64,000 nucleotides of DNA, taken from positions 1,888 through 65,887 of the forward strand of contig CAWDHT010000010.1 in assembly GCA_963802165.1 (NCBI GenBank), written 5' to 3'. The position numbers and the translations under genes were made by a program. Shown here one piece after another: positions 53,001 to 61,667 of the stretch. Each line of letters begins with the position of its first letter. Position 1 is the first letter of the stretch. This stretch comes from an uncultured Chloroflexia bacterium. Lineage in GTDB: Bacteria; Chloroflexota; Limnocylindria; Limnocylindrales; CSP1-4. Under the pieces are notes generated by a model. The model was given only the letters and a program-made list of their open reading frames with translations, was not told the DNA's origin and searched no databases.

Positions 53001-55056
53001 CAAGCGCACGCCGCCCAAGCCGAACGACGAGGAGCTGCGGCTCAGGACAGACAACTTCTGGCTCTACCGGTTGCGGAGTGCACCCTGGGTCCCCTCGACC
53101 CAGGGCCCGCGCGCTCCGGGTCGGGTGTGGATGCCTTCGGCCGAGATCGATCGCCGGTTCGGTCGTCGTGGAGCCATCGCGGGCGAGCTCATCCCGCTCC
53201 TGGAGGTGGACCACGGCGTGCCCTCGGGCCGCGTGGAGACCCTCTCGCAACGGCTGGGCATTCGAGGTGACCTCAGCCCAGCGACATTCCTCGAAGCCGA
53301 TGCCCGAGACCTACTTCGACGGCTCAAGTTCCGATTCGAGGGACCCGCTGCGGACGGCAGCCTTGATGAACGACAGCTCCGTGAGGTCGTGCGGCCTGCC
53401 TATCGAAACCTGCTCGAGTTGCTGGCCGGTCCGTCGGGCGACGACGAAGACATGGATGCCAGTGGGCAGGACGCATCGCTGGGGGATGAGCCTGTCCTCG
53501 TCCGCGACGGCCGCGACGGTCTCCGGTTCGTGTCCGGGCACGCGAGCTACTACGTGGCTCGGAGCGGCACCCTGATCCGGATCGGCCAGCCGCCGATCAA
53601 CACCTTCATCCTTGAAACGTCAGTGACGGCTCGACGTGCGTTGCGGCAGTTGGGGATCCGGACGCTCGAGGACGTCCTCACGTGGTCGCCGGAGCCCGGC
53701 GCGATCGCGCTCGACGAAGCTGAGCTCAACGCGTTCCACACCGGCCTGGCCGAGCTCGCGCCGTACATCCTTGCGCGTCTCCGGGTCGACCGAAGTGACG
53801 ATCGGACCGCGTCGCGCGACGCCACGCGGCTGCGGGAGCTCCTAGGGGCGATTACGCCGGTCGAGTCGCTTGCACTACGGTGCGACCTGGATGGTCAGAC
53901 ACTGGTCGACAGCGGGAGTCGGGACTCCCATGTCGCTGAGCGCGAAGACGGTTCTCTGGAAGCGTACGTTCGGTGGGGCTTGTCCGGCTGGCCGCCGTCC
54001 CGCGCTGACGCGAACGCCCTGGCAAGCGTCTTCGTGGATGCGATGGGTGCCGGTGCGTTCGAGGCTTATCTGGCGCTGATCACGGCCGATGACCCGGGCG
54101 CCCGCCAGCGCCTGTTGACATATGCCGGCGCGACGACGAATCTCCGCGAGTTCCGGGACCTGCTGTACGGCCCGATGCCAGTCGAGACTCCGACGTCCAC
54201 CGTGGCCGCCTGGGACGGCGGACGCACCATCGTCATTGACGATGTCGAGTGGCTCGGCGGGCCGACAGCACCCCCGGACGACGGCGGCGGTTCCAGGACG
54301 GGAAAGATCCCCCTGTACCGCCCTGAGCAGCTGCAGTTCGCCGGAGGGCCGACGATCGTAGCCGGGATCACCCCCGTCGACGCGAGCGCCGCCAAGGACA
54401 AGGGTGACGGGACAGCCAGTGGTCGGGGCGCATCCTGGAGTCGAACCGGCACCGACCTGGATGAGCTCAATGCCGTGGGGATGTCCGTGGCCCTCACCTT
54501 CGAGCGCCATCGCCTCCAGCTCGCGGGTACGGCGGATGCGGCGATCTTCGTGTCGGGAGCGCCAGTCGACGATGCGTTCGTGTTCGACGTGTCGACGCCC
54601 ACGGCCATCAAGGCGGCGCTTCGCGAGTCAGGGCGCTTCCGACAGGCGCATGCACAGCTCGTCTCGCTCGGGCTATCTGCTGACTACCCGGGCTTCGACA
54701 TCCTCACCCTTGATCCGGTTGATGCGAGCAACGATCGGTTCATCGAGCTGAAGTCCTCTGGTGTCGACGCGCAGGTGCAGGCGATGACCTGGAACGAGTG
54801 GAAGACGTCACGCGACAGCACCCTGCGAGAGCACTTCTATCTCTATCTGGTGTCGAACCTGCGCTCGGACCTTGGTAATCGCTCGCCGTACCTCCGGGCG
54901 GTCCGGGATCCGTTCGGGTCACTGCTCAGCCGAGAGCTGGTGGAGGACGACCCGCGACGCGTGATCCAACTCCGGGTCCAGGAGTTCGAACGGGCAGAGC
55001 ATCAGGCCATCAACGTGTTGCCCGTGGGATCCACGGGACTCGGGGCAGGGTCGTGA
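50047..55056 (+). CDS. Giant (1669 aa) sacsin/NOV-type protein: N-terminal GHKL (HATPase_c_3-like) ATPase motif plus C-terminal DUF3883 (restriction-endonuclease-like PD-(D/E)xK) domain
   Basis: Bergerat-fold signature GRLTFELLQNADDA near the N-terminus. The C-terminus (GFDILTLDPVDASNDRFIELKSSGVDAQVQAMTWNEWKTSRDSTLREHFYLYLV) matches the DUF3883 pattern (D…fIEvK…ltwNE…Y.LYvV). The true start may be the TTG at 50203, which has a GAGGG 6 nt upstream. The ORF is intact over 5 kb. Confidence 0.85.
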   Translation: MPTVGWPISGSAVVVLAGCRVFLPSCPDCGQRSGPSEDGEHGEVLARRRGQALTDLLESIRRQNLGAYESMPSRVDEDANQESQISQDYRGRLTFELLQNADDAMAGGGFTERIVFRLTDDALEVGNTGRPLSDDDVRGLCGTGASSKTAIAGRRRASIGHKGMGFKSVLEITDEPEVISTTIGLKLDAAESLPEINAALGRHGMPPRRRVPTMRLPWPLDREPASWAAAQRDGLQVLFRFPLRPSLSKSQRTLLARRILDLPVTAALFLKHLDDVEVDVSTSDVRGRFRWRLKRERLAHGQWIHTPGFGDSGVYRIRVSGADGVDLAFLVAHDADVEIGSNRNGLDVASWDDVDLTEVSIAVPWSLAEKRPSSAGLPANWAKFHVFLPTAEAAPYPLLINGAFRTDLSRQEVRVGEDDLDYNRHLLRATARAFAQRLIPALTDEGVAVPDVLALVDRSAAAGSRSTGSAAAVLHEAMRRELRDVEFIPGEDGLRLRISELVVPPPTSSAGLGAAFRATLPSDATFGDQWFPTGDMCDARMASILVDFGARPLSIRETASVLAGADPIRSRLQAHPTLGERLQVDPVLDVLGRLWAELRGRERTELEQAARESPLFPVGLEAGVTRRARSDSIQCFYPPRTLVGEIPLTGLQFMLQQVCWGDLTARERTERLHDEMAAWQALFGIREFKFPDVMRASVFPALELEPGDEGKALRVRLQDANVIAAICRLAGRTANASSPLPYERLGTNRALFNLSRLRVQCRNRANDIERWEPAYRVYFGSDWVGEDSVEHVLDAMRERGLPTPDIAFLAPPNEFVQRLAEARHIRPVAADDQIADNIEVGEQEDEDAALESNDRERALNFFTWLGVNRVMRPVSFHDVMDAGSGWLSTAGLSRPKGWAFADLGGIWDEYARYVADAPDDDGAAATRYYYGLHDLEHVSPLLSAASRDETGVIARALYAHLARGWPQLSAFAKLVVAVSSDKGISKRTPPKPNDEELRLRTDNFWLYRLRSAPWVPSTQGPRAPGRVWMPSAEIDRRFGRRGAIAGELIPLLEVDHGVPSGRVETLSQRLGIRGDLSPATFLEADARDLLRRLKFRFEGPAADGSLDERQLREVVRPAYRNLLELLAGPSGDDEDMDASGQDASLGDEPVLVRDGRDGLRFVSGHASYYVARSGTLIRIGQPPINTFILETSVTARRALRQLGIRTLEDVLTWSPEPGAIALDEAELNAFHTGLAELAPYILARLRVDRSDDRTASRDATRLRELLGAITPVESLALRCDLDGQTLVDSGSRDSHVAEREDGSLEAYVRWGLSGWPPSRADANALASVFVDAMGAGAFEAYLALITADDPGARQRLLTYAGATTNLREFRDLLYGPMPVETPTSTVAAWDGGRTIVIDDVEWLGGPTAPPDDGGGSRTGKIPLYRPEQLQFAGGPTIVAGITPVDASAAKDKGDGTASGRGASWSRTGTDLDELNAVGMSVALTFERHRLQLAGTADAAIFVSGAPVDDAFVFDVSTPTAIKAALRESGRFRQAHAQLVSLGLSADYPGFDILTLDPVDASNDRFIELKSSGVDAQVQAMTWNEWKTSRDSTLREHFYLYLVSNLRSDLGNRSPYLRAVRDPFGSLLSRELVEDDPRRVIQLRVQEFERAEHQAINVLPVGSTGLGAGS

Positions 55057-55117
55057 TCGACGGTTCGGGCGTGCTCGACCGCAAGCTTCTCCGGTTCGAT
55101 GTCAGCGAGGGGCGCGC

Positions 55118-56323
55118 GTGCGACCGGCCGCCCGCCGCGCGGCCCGGTGGCTCGTCATGACCGCCGGCTCCGAGAGCGCGCCCGCCTGCACGGTCTGCAC
55201 GCGCCTGCCGATGGAGGAGCCCGTCGCGATCCGCTGGCCTGCCCCGGTGGAGGCCGACGAGTGGGCGCATGACGACCGCATCCGAGGCGCACTCCTCGGA
55301 CTCGCCCTCGGCGACGCACTCGGTTCGCTGGCCCACGCCGGCAAGGCTGAGGCGGTCGACCCGACCCCGGGCTCCCTCCGCACGGGCGGCGCCACGCAGC
55401 TGGCGCTCTTCACGGCCGAGGGCGTGCTGCGGATGCAAGTCCGCTTTGCCGCCAAAGGGATCGGCCCGGCCTGGGGCGTCATCCGCCACGCGCTCGACCG
55501 CTGGATGGTGACCCAGGGCCGGGAGCCGAACACCACGTTCGCGTGGCAGCCCGAGGCCTGGCCGGACGGATGGCTTGTCCGGCAGCACCGCCTGCACCGC
55601 CGCGTGGATGGCTTCGGGGCGACGGTCGAGGCGCTGGGCGTCCAGGCCGACACGTGGGAGGGCATGCCCGAGCGCCACGTGGCGACCTCGCTCCCGAACA
55701 CCAGCAGCGGAGCAGGGGCGCTGGTGCGCGTGCTCGGCGCCGGGCTGGCCGTACTGCCGAAGGACGCCACGCTTGTCGGCTCGATCGCCGCTGCCATCAC
55801 GCACGGTGGCGCCGACGGGTATCTCTCGGGCGGGGCCCTCGCTCGGCTGGTGGCCGGTCTCGTGGCCGGCGAGCAGATGGACGACGCCATTGCGGCGACT
55901 TCCGCAGACCTGGCGGGCTGGGCTGGCAGCGGGCCCGTGCGCACCGCGCTCTCGGGCGGCGCCACGACCGGCCCATCGAGCGCCACCCGGGCCCTCGCCG
56001 CCGCCATGAGCTACGCGACCTTCGGGGTTCCCGATGACCCGGTCGTGATCATCGGGCGGGCGATCGCCGCCGGGGGGACGGCGGCTGGGGTGGTCGCCGG
56101 CGCCGTGGCGGGCGCGCGACTCGGCGCCTCCGCGTTCCCGGCTGGCTGGCTCATGGCCCCGGACGTCGCCGACTTGCTCGAGGAGATGACCCGCGCCTGC
56201 TCGGCCGCCCACCGCACGTGGGTCATGGGGCGCGACCTGCCGGGCTACGACCAGCCGCCCGATATGCCGTTCGACGACGATCCGGCGGTCGCGCTGCTCT
56301 GGCCGCGCTTCCCGGGCTGGTAG
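55118..56323 (+). CDS. ADP-ribosylglycohydrolase (ARH/DraG family)
   Basis: DDRIRGALLGLALGDALGS N-terminal motif and a later …ITHGGADGYLSGGALA… block typical of ARH enzymes. Co-oriented 60 nt downstream of the giant gene. Confidence 0.85.
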   Translation: MRPAARRAARWLVMTAGSESAPACTVCTRLPMEEPVAIRWPAPVEADEWAHDDRIRGALLGLALGDALGSLAHAGKAEAVDPTPGSLRTGGATQLALFTAEGVLRMQVRFAAKGIGPAWGVIRHALDRWMVTQGREPNTTFAWQPEAWPDGWLVRQHRLHRRVDGFGATVEALGVQADTWEGMPERHVATSLPNTSSGAGALVRVLGAGLAVLPKDATLVGSIAAAITHGGADGYLSGGALARLVAGLVAGEQMDDAIAATSADLAGWAGSGPVRTALSGGATTGPSSATRALAAAMSYATFGVPDDPVVIIGRAIAAGGTAAGVVAGAVAGARLGASAFPAGWLMAPDVADLLEEMTRACSAAHRTWVMGRDLPGYDQPPDMPFDDDPAVALLWPRFPGW

Positions 56324-56654
56324 AGGGGGTTGGGGCTAGACGACCGGACCCGCGCAGCTGGCAATGCCGATGCAGACCGCGCTACGCGTGCCAACGTGGG
56401 CGCCCACCGGCCGTCCCGGGCGGGGTCGTGGGCGGGCCCTCAAGGCACGCCACCTGGTACTCAGGCGCCATGTGGCACCCGCGGACGAAGACGTACGGGA
56501 CGCGGGTGGTGGGCGTCGCACCACCGGCGCGGCCTGCCCCGCCCGCCGAGGTACGGGAGCTCGACGCCGCAGGCCGCACAGTGGCGCGGCGGCGCGAGGC
56601 TCGCACGGAGGGCCATCGTCGCGGACGCGGCCATCTCCTCGAGCGCGTCAGCGC

Positions 56655-57128
56655 TCACGGATCGGCCACTGGCGAAAATGCGCCAAGAATCCGCGAAACC
56701 CGGCCGAGGAAACACAGTCGCGCGGCGCAGTCAGCACGGACGTGCGTCTCCACATGGGCTACCCCACCCCGGTCGGTCGACGCACCCTTCGTCGAGTTGC
56801 ACGATCGACAGAGCACCGCGGTGTTGCCGATGTCGAACGGCGCACCGCCAGCGGCGAGCGGGACGACGTGGTCGACGGTCAGGTCGGCGGCAGGGTGAGC
56901 GGGGCGCTGGTAGCCAGGGCACCAGTTGCCGTGCTCGCCACGCCAGGCACGCAGCACGCGGGCGCTGAGCCGTTGCCAGGCCCGCGTGCTGTAGAGGGCG
57001 TTGTGCCGGCTGCGGTTGGACTGGCGGGCGTGCTCGGTGCAGCGACTACCAGCGCGGCTGGTAACGACACCGCAGACCGTGCACAGCTTCACCCGCGAAT
57101 CGTCGGCGGGCTGGCTGGCGCGGTCCAT
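56655..57128 (-). CDS. HNH endonuclease
   Basis: CTVCG…C…H…, LTVDHVVPLAAGG, NTAVLCRSCNSTK: a classic ββα-Me HNH motif set. Confidence 0.85.
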   Translation of the reverse strand: MDRASQPADDSRVKLCTVCGVVTSRAGSRCTEHARQSNRSRHNALYSTRAWQRLSARVLRAWRGEHGNWCPGYQRPAHPAADLTVDHVVPLAAGGAPFDIGNTAVLCRSCNSTKGASTDRGGVAHVETHVRADCAARLCFLGRVSRILGAFSPVADP

Positions 57129-57276
57129 ACGCTCGCAGTGCTAGGCCTGCCGGGCCGCCCTTGGGAGGCCAGCAGGTGCGTCGCCGCTCGAAGGCGATCG
57201 TCACCTACTCTCGTCGCAGCACGTCTCGTACGCCGGCGGGAGCTTTCCGCAGACGACACCAGCGCGGAGGAAGGCG

Positions 57277-57891
57277 ATGCGAGGGATCACAGCTCTGGCC
57301 AGTGCGGGTACGCTCGCGGCGATCCTCGTCTGCGCGACCCCCTCCCCCGCCAGCGCCTGCACGTCTAGCCAGCCCTCATTCGCCGAGGCTGTCCGCGGCG
57401 CCCGAGCCATCGCGCGAGTCACTGTCGTCGAGGGCTGGGACGGTTACCAGGACGATCCGACCCACAGCGAGACCTATCGCGTCGATCGGGTCCTGAAGGG
57501 TTCGCTCCCGAAGTCAATCACCGTGGCGCCCGCGTGGACCACGCTCTGTCACGACAGCGTCGTCGGCTACTTCGGCGACGACGAGGGAGCGGTGATCATC
57601 GTCGCCTTCGATGTGCCCTACTACGACGAGACCATTCACCCCGTGTGGACCTTCGACAGCAAGCAAGGCCTGTCGGGCAGCGCTGGCGTGCCATCGGGTG
57701 TATCGACCTTGTCCGATCTCGAGGCGGCCATCCGGGCCGAGCTCGACATGCCGGACACGGCGACGGCCGAGTCGACGACGCCCGACACGTCGCCTTTCCT
57801 GCCTTACATCCTGGCGGCTGGCGGCCTGCTGCTGGCCGCGCGGCGGCTCTCGCGTAGATCAACTCGACGCGCCGGCTCCGGGCATCTGTAG
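57277..57891 (+). CDS. Secreted protein with an N-terminal signal peptide and a C-terminal TM/Arg-rich anchor
   Basis: MRGITALASAGTLAAILVCATPSPASAC… then …SPFLPYILAAGGLLLAARRLSRRSTRR at the C-terminus. Confidence 0.55.
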   Translation: MRGITALASAGTLAAILVCATPSPASACTSSQPSFAEAVRGARAIARVTVVEGWDGYQDDPTHSETYRVDRVLKGSLPKSITVAPAWTTLCHDSVVGYFGDDEGAVIIVAFDVPYYDETIHPVWTFDSKQGLSGSAGVPSGVSTLSDLEAAIRAELDMPDTATAESTTPDTSPFLPYILAAGGLLLAARRLSRRSTRRAGSGHL

Positions 57892-57967
57892 CCGATTGAC
57901 GAGAGGCCGCCCCTCGCTTCACGTGCGTGCTGCGCGTCGCTGGCAATCGCAACATGAGGGGAAGATC

Positions 57968-58354
57968 ATGGGCAGCCGTGCTCGCCGGCGGACGATCCTC
58001 GTAGCAATCGTCGTTGTCATGATCGTTGCCGCGGCCACCTGGCTGGTTGTGGTGCCTCGCGTCGGCAACGTGCTCGCTGGTGCCGATGGTATTCACGACG
58101 CGGGTGCACTCCCCGGACGCATCCAGTTGTGCGGGCGCTCCTGGCGGAAGGACGAGCTTGCTCGCACCTTCACCGCCGCCGGCATCCGCGAGGAGTTCGG
58201 AGTCGAACCGATGATCGTGGATCCGGGTCCATTTGCCTCCTGTCCTCCTGGACCTTGCACCGATGTCGCGCAGGCGGAGGCGTGTCACGTTGTGATCTGG
58301 GTGCGGGTGCGCGAGGACGGCTACATGGGCTACTCGCTCCAGGGCGGCCCGTAG
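57968..58354 (+). CDS. Small membrane-anchored protein (128 aa)
   Basis: ATG with GAGGGGAAG upstream, an N-terminal TM (ILVAIVVVMIVAAATWLVVV) and a Cys-containing ectodomain. Confidence 0.5.
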   Translation: MGSRARRRTILVAIVVVMIVAAATWLVVVPRVGNVLAGADGIHDAGALPGRIQLCGRSWRKDELARTFTAAGIREEFGVEPMIVDPGPFASCPPGPCTDVAQAEACHVVIWVRVREDGYMGYSLQGGP

Positions 58355-58417
58355 GAGCTTGGGTCAGGGCCGGCACAATCTGACCTCACGTAGCGTCTGT
58401 TGGGGCGGAGGACACCG

Positions 58418-59667
58418 ATGAAGGTCCTGGCACTCGCTGTTGCGCTGATCCTGGCGGCCTGCTCTGGCAGCGTGCCTACCGCGACGAATAGCCCTGGCAC
58501 ACCCAGCCCAGTTGTGTCGCCGTCGCCTGCGACCGAAACGGTGCCGCCGGCATCCACGACGCCGACTCCGATCGCCGAGGAGCCGTCCTGGCCGCCCCAG
58601 CCGGAGCGCGACTTCCGATATCTCTCGATCGAGCAGCTGACGCTGAGCAGGGACGGACAACACCTGTCGCTGGACTTCGTGGGCTGGCGAGAGTACGCGG
58701 CTGACGATCCGTGCTCGGCGGAGTACAAGGCGACCGCCACGGTGGTCGACGGCGTGCTCGAGGTCGGCGTCGAGGAGTCGCGTCGACCGACCCCGACCGA
58801 AGGAACCGGGTGTGACGCGCTGGGCCATGCCCGAAGCCTCGAGGTAGACCTTGACGAGCCTTTCACAGGCTCCGTCTGGCGCGATCTGAACGGATACGTG
58901 CACTTCCTGGCCCCACCGGACGGGCTCGTCGAGCTTGCGGGTCTGCCCGAAGGCTGGGAGTTGCGAGCCCAGCGAGATGTTGAGCAAAGCCCGACGGGTC
59001 GTTGGGAGCGGACCTACTCGCCCGATCCCTCGCTCGCCGACGCGACCCAGAGCGTCGTCCTGTACCAGGCCTTCGACGGTCCGGTGAACGTCACCGGTGG
59101 CTCCGAGGAGAGCCAGGTCGTCGTCAACGGCCGGCCGGCGACCTGTATCGCCACGCACCCAACGGCGAACTCGTCCTCGTCTGGCGCCTTGGCAACGACG
59201 GCCTCGCGCTCGTGGCCTACGAGCAGCAGTTCTCGATCGACGAGCTCATCGCGCTCGCCGAGTCGGCGACTCCAGCGACGCCCTCAAATGGATCTGATGG
59301 CAAGTGGGGACCACTGGCTGTCGTTCCGCCTCAGGAGGGAGCTGACACCGCTCGCACCGAGGGCACGCTCCGCATCACCGACGCATGCGTCTTCCTCGAC
59401 ACACCCGGTGAGAGCAGCCTGCTGGTCTGGCCCGCGGACCGGACGACCTGGGACGCACAGACGGGCACGATCACCTTCACGAACTTCGACGGGAGCACGG
59501 TGAGCGCTGGCGACGGGACGGCCGTCGTTCTGGGTGGCAGCGGCGACAGCAGCGAAGAGAGCGGCACGACTTCGCAGGAATGGCAGGCGCGGACGCCCTG
59601 GGTCGCTCCGCCCGCCGCTTCGTGCCCGGTCGAGTCGTGGTGGTGGGTCGGCGCACTGACGCGCTGA
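58418..59667 (+). CDS. Lipoprotein (~415 aa) with one apparent frameshift near 59145
   Basis: Lipobox (MKVLALAVALILAAC) and GGAGGA RBS. The ordinary sequence runs to …VVVNGRPATC, then continues in the 59002 frame as LYRHAPNGELVLVWRLGNDGLALVAYEQ…. Confidence 0.6.
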
Positions 59668-59681
59668 CGCGGTCAGTTAGG

Positions 59682-59930
59682 TCAGCCGGGCTCGAGGGTC
59701 GGCACGACGAGCCACCCCTCCGCCCGCCCCCGGTAGATCAGCTGCTCGGTCGTGAGGCCCGACCGCGCCCGCAGGTCGGCCAGGTGCCGCTTCGCGGTGC
59801 TCGGCCGGACGCCGACGCGCGCCGCCGCGTCCGCCACGGATCCTCCGGCAGCGACGAACGCGGCGAGGACGTCGACCTGGCGGGCGGTCGGCGTCCGCGG
59901 GAGCGAGCCGCGCAGGTACCCGTCTCTCAC
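59682..59930 (-). CDS. Small LuxR/GerE-type HTH-only regulator (~82 aa)
   Basis: …TARQVDVLAAFVAAGGSVADAAARVGVRPSTAKRHLADLRARSGLTTEQLIY… The GTG start at 59930 overlaps the stop of a 47-aa TM ORF (GTGA). Confidence 0.6.
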   Translation of the reverse strand: MRDGYLRGSLPRTPTARQVDVLAAFVAAGGSVADAAARVGVRPSTAKRHLADLRARSGLTTEQLIYRGRAEGWLVVPTLEPG

Positions 59931-60073
59931 GACGCCGGGCTCACCCGGCTCCGGGTGATGAGCCCCAGGACCACCGCCGTGACCGCGAGGATCGCGCCGA
60001 TCTGGTCGGGCGCGAGGTTGAGGCCGAACGCCACGACCAGGGCGATGACCGCCTGGACGAGGGCGAGCACCAT
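59929..60073 (-). CDS. Micro membrane ORF (47 aa)
   Basis: MVLALVQAVIALVVAFGLNLAPDQIGAILAVTAVVLGLITRSRVSPAS. Coupled to the LuxR-HTH gene. Confidence 0.3.
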
Positions 60074-60122
60074 CGCCGGCTCGCGGCCGCACAGAGGTGC
60101 CGGGCTGGCTATCCATCACGTG

Positions 60123-61130
60123 TCACGCTCCGTACGCGGCGGCCGCGCGGTCGGCGGCCGCCTTGACCGCCGCGGCCGCGGTCTTCTCGGCAGCGTCGAG
60201 CTGCGCCTGGCTGAACGGCGTGGGGTCGGGCGCCGGGCGGATGGTGGTGACCTCGGACGCCTTCGCGAACATCGAGCGACCCTGATGGACGCCCTTCGCA
60301 TCGACGTACTCGACGATGCGAACCGTGCTCGCCGGCTGGCCGAGGTAGGGCATGTCGCGCCCCGGGTCGACCGGATGTTGTCGGGCGAGGGTTCGAGCGC
60401 GGAGGTCGCGTACAGCCAGGTGCCCGCGGGCACGGTGGCGATGCTCGGGACCTTGGGCACGGGGTAGCTGTTCACGGTCTCCTCGGTAGCGGGCGGCGCT
60501 GGCGCGAGGGCGGCGAGGTAGCGGGCCTGCGGGAAGCCCACGGGGTCGTCCGCCCAGGGCCGCCAGCAGGAGGGCTTGAGGCGCCCGGCGATGTAGTGGT
60601 GGTCGATGAGGTGGTGGCGGTCGATCGGGATCGCCCGGAGCTCGCGGGTGATCGCGGCTTCGGTGCCGGCGCGGAACCGGATCCCGGCGGCCTTGAGCTC
60701 GGCGAGGTCGCCGCGCAGCAGCAGGGCATCGAGCGCGATCGAGGCCGCGATGACGGCCTCGGGCACGACGCCCTTGCCGGAGCCTGCCGTGCGGCCGCCG
60801 TTGTCGTGGTGCTCGATGCTGACCGTGCGGCTGTTGACGAGGCGTCGTCGGGTAGCGGTCGTCCCAGGCGCCCGAGGGGTCCCAGTTGCCGTTGCCCCAG
60901 GCCTGGTCGCCGAGCCGCACGTACTGGTGGACGTGGGCCGACGTCGGGTGGCCGGCGCGGCCGCAGCCGTAGCCGACGCCGAAGTGGGTCGAGGCCTCGC
61001 GTCCGTCGGTCGAGGTGAACGCGGCGTCGGTCGAGCGGAGCGTGCCGACCATGCGGTGATGGACGAGCGCGATGAGCGGTGCCGGGTGGCCGGCCGTGAA
61101 CTTGGGTGAGCCGACCCAGTAGATCGTCAC
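60123..61130 (-). CDS. N-acetylmuramoyl-L-alanine amidase (amidase_2/PGRP-type endolysin) with two apparent frameshifts
   Basis: The N-terminal catalytic domain (MTIYWVGSPKFTAGHPAPLIALVHHRMVGT…THFGVGYGCG…) is in the 60123..61130 frame. The middle part is in the 60116..60766 frame. The C-terminus (…VRIVEYVDAKGVHQGRSMF…AQLDAAEKTAAAAVKAAAD…) returns to the first frame. Confidence 0.72.
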   Translation of the reverse strand: MTIYWVGSPKFTAGHPAPLIALVHHRMVGTLRSTDAAFTSTDGREASTHFGVGYGCGRAGHPTSAHVHQYVRLGDQAWGNGNWDPSGAWDDRYPTTPRQQPHGQHRAPRQRRPHGRLRQGRRARGRHRGLDRARCPAAARRPRRAQGRRDPVPRRHRSRDHPRAPGDPDRPPPPHRPPLHRRAPQALLLAALGGRPRGLPAGPLPRRPRASAARYRGDREQLPRAQGPEHRHRARGHLAVRDLRARTLARQHPVDPGRDMPYLGQPASTVRIVEYVDAKGVHQGRSMFAKASEVTTIRPAPDPTPFSQAQLDAAEKTAAAAVKAAADRAAAAYGA

Positions 61131-61357
61131 CTCACGCCCCGCCAGACCGCGGAGGCCTCGAGCCCCAGGAGCGCGAGGATCGCGCCGAGGAGCGGCAGGA
61201 GGATGCCGGGGCTGATGTCGTAGTCGGGGACGGCGACGTCGAGGACGAGGAGGACGACGAGGACGAGCGTGAGCGCGGCAGCCGCGCCGATCCGGGCCGA
61301 GCTGTAGACGTCGGCCCGGCGCTGGTCTGCCGCATCGTCACTGCGCTCATCGCCCAT
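61127..61357 (-). CDS. Holin-like 2-TM protein immediately upstream of the amidase (overlapping start/stop)
   Basis: …IGAAAALTLVLVVLLVLDVAVPDYDISPGILLPLLGAILALLGLEA… Its stop overlaps the amidase start. Confidence 0.45.
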   Translation of the reverse strand: MGDERSDDAADQRRADVYSSARIGAAAALTLVLVVLLVLDVAVPDYDISPGILLPLLGAILALLGLEASAVWRGVR

Positions 61358-61472
61358 GCCGGCGCAGTCGGTCGATCCACGCATCGACGAGGAGCGGGAG
61401 CACGAAGCGGTCGAGGGCGCCGCCCATGACCACGCCGGCGAGGAACGCCAGGACGAGCTCGAGCCCGCTCAT
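61347..61472 (-). CDS. Small 1-TM protein (41 aa), possible holin/antiholin partner
   Basis: MSGLELVLAFLAGVVMGGALDRFVLPLLVDAWIDRLRRHGR. Its stop overlaps the next ATG (ATGGGCGATGA). Confidence 0.3.
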   Translation of the reverse strand: MSGLELVLAFLAGVVMGGALDRFVLPLLVDAWIDRLRRHGR

Positions 61473-61667
61473 CGGGCCGCCGCGGGGTTGACGGCGCGGA
61501 CGTACCCGGTGGGGGGAACCGGGAGTCGGTGTGGATCGGACCAGCGCGCCGTCATGCCCTCAAGGGTGGCGGCGGCGGGCCGCGGTTTCTAGTTGGCCGA
61601 TTGGGCCATGCCGGCCATCAGAGTGCCACCTCGCAGGGCGCGCGGCTGCGTCTCGCGCGAGACGGCG

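Noticed and set aside
60472-60729. 85-aa ORF and other alternative frames inside the amidase gene
   Set aside because: Low-complexity translations. The amidase_2 domain and its frame-shifted continuation explain the region.
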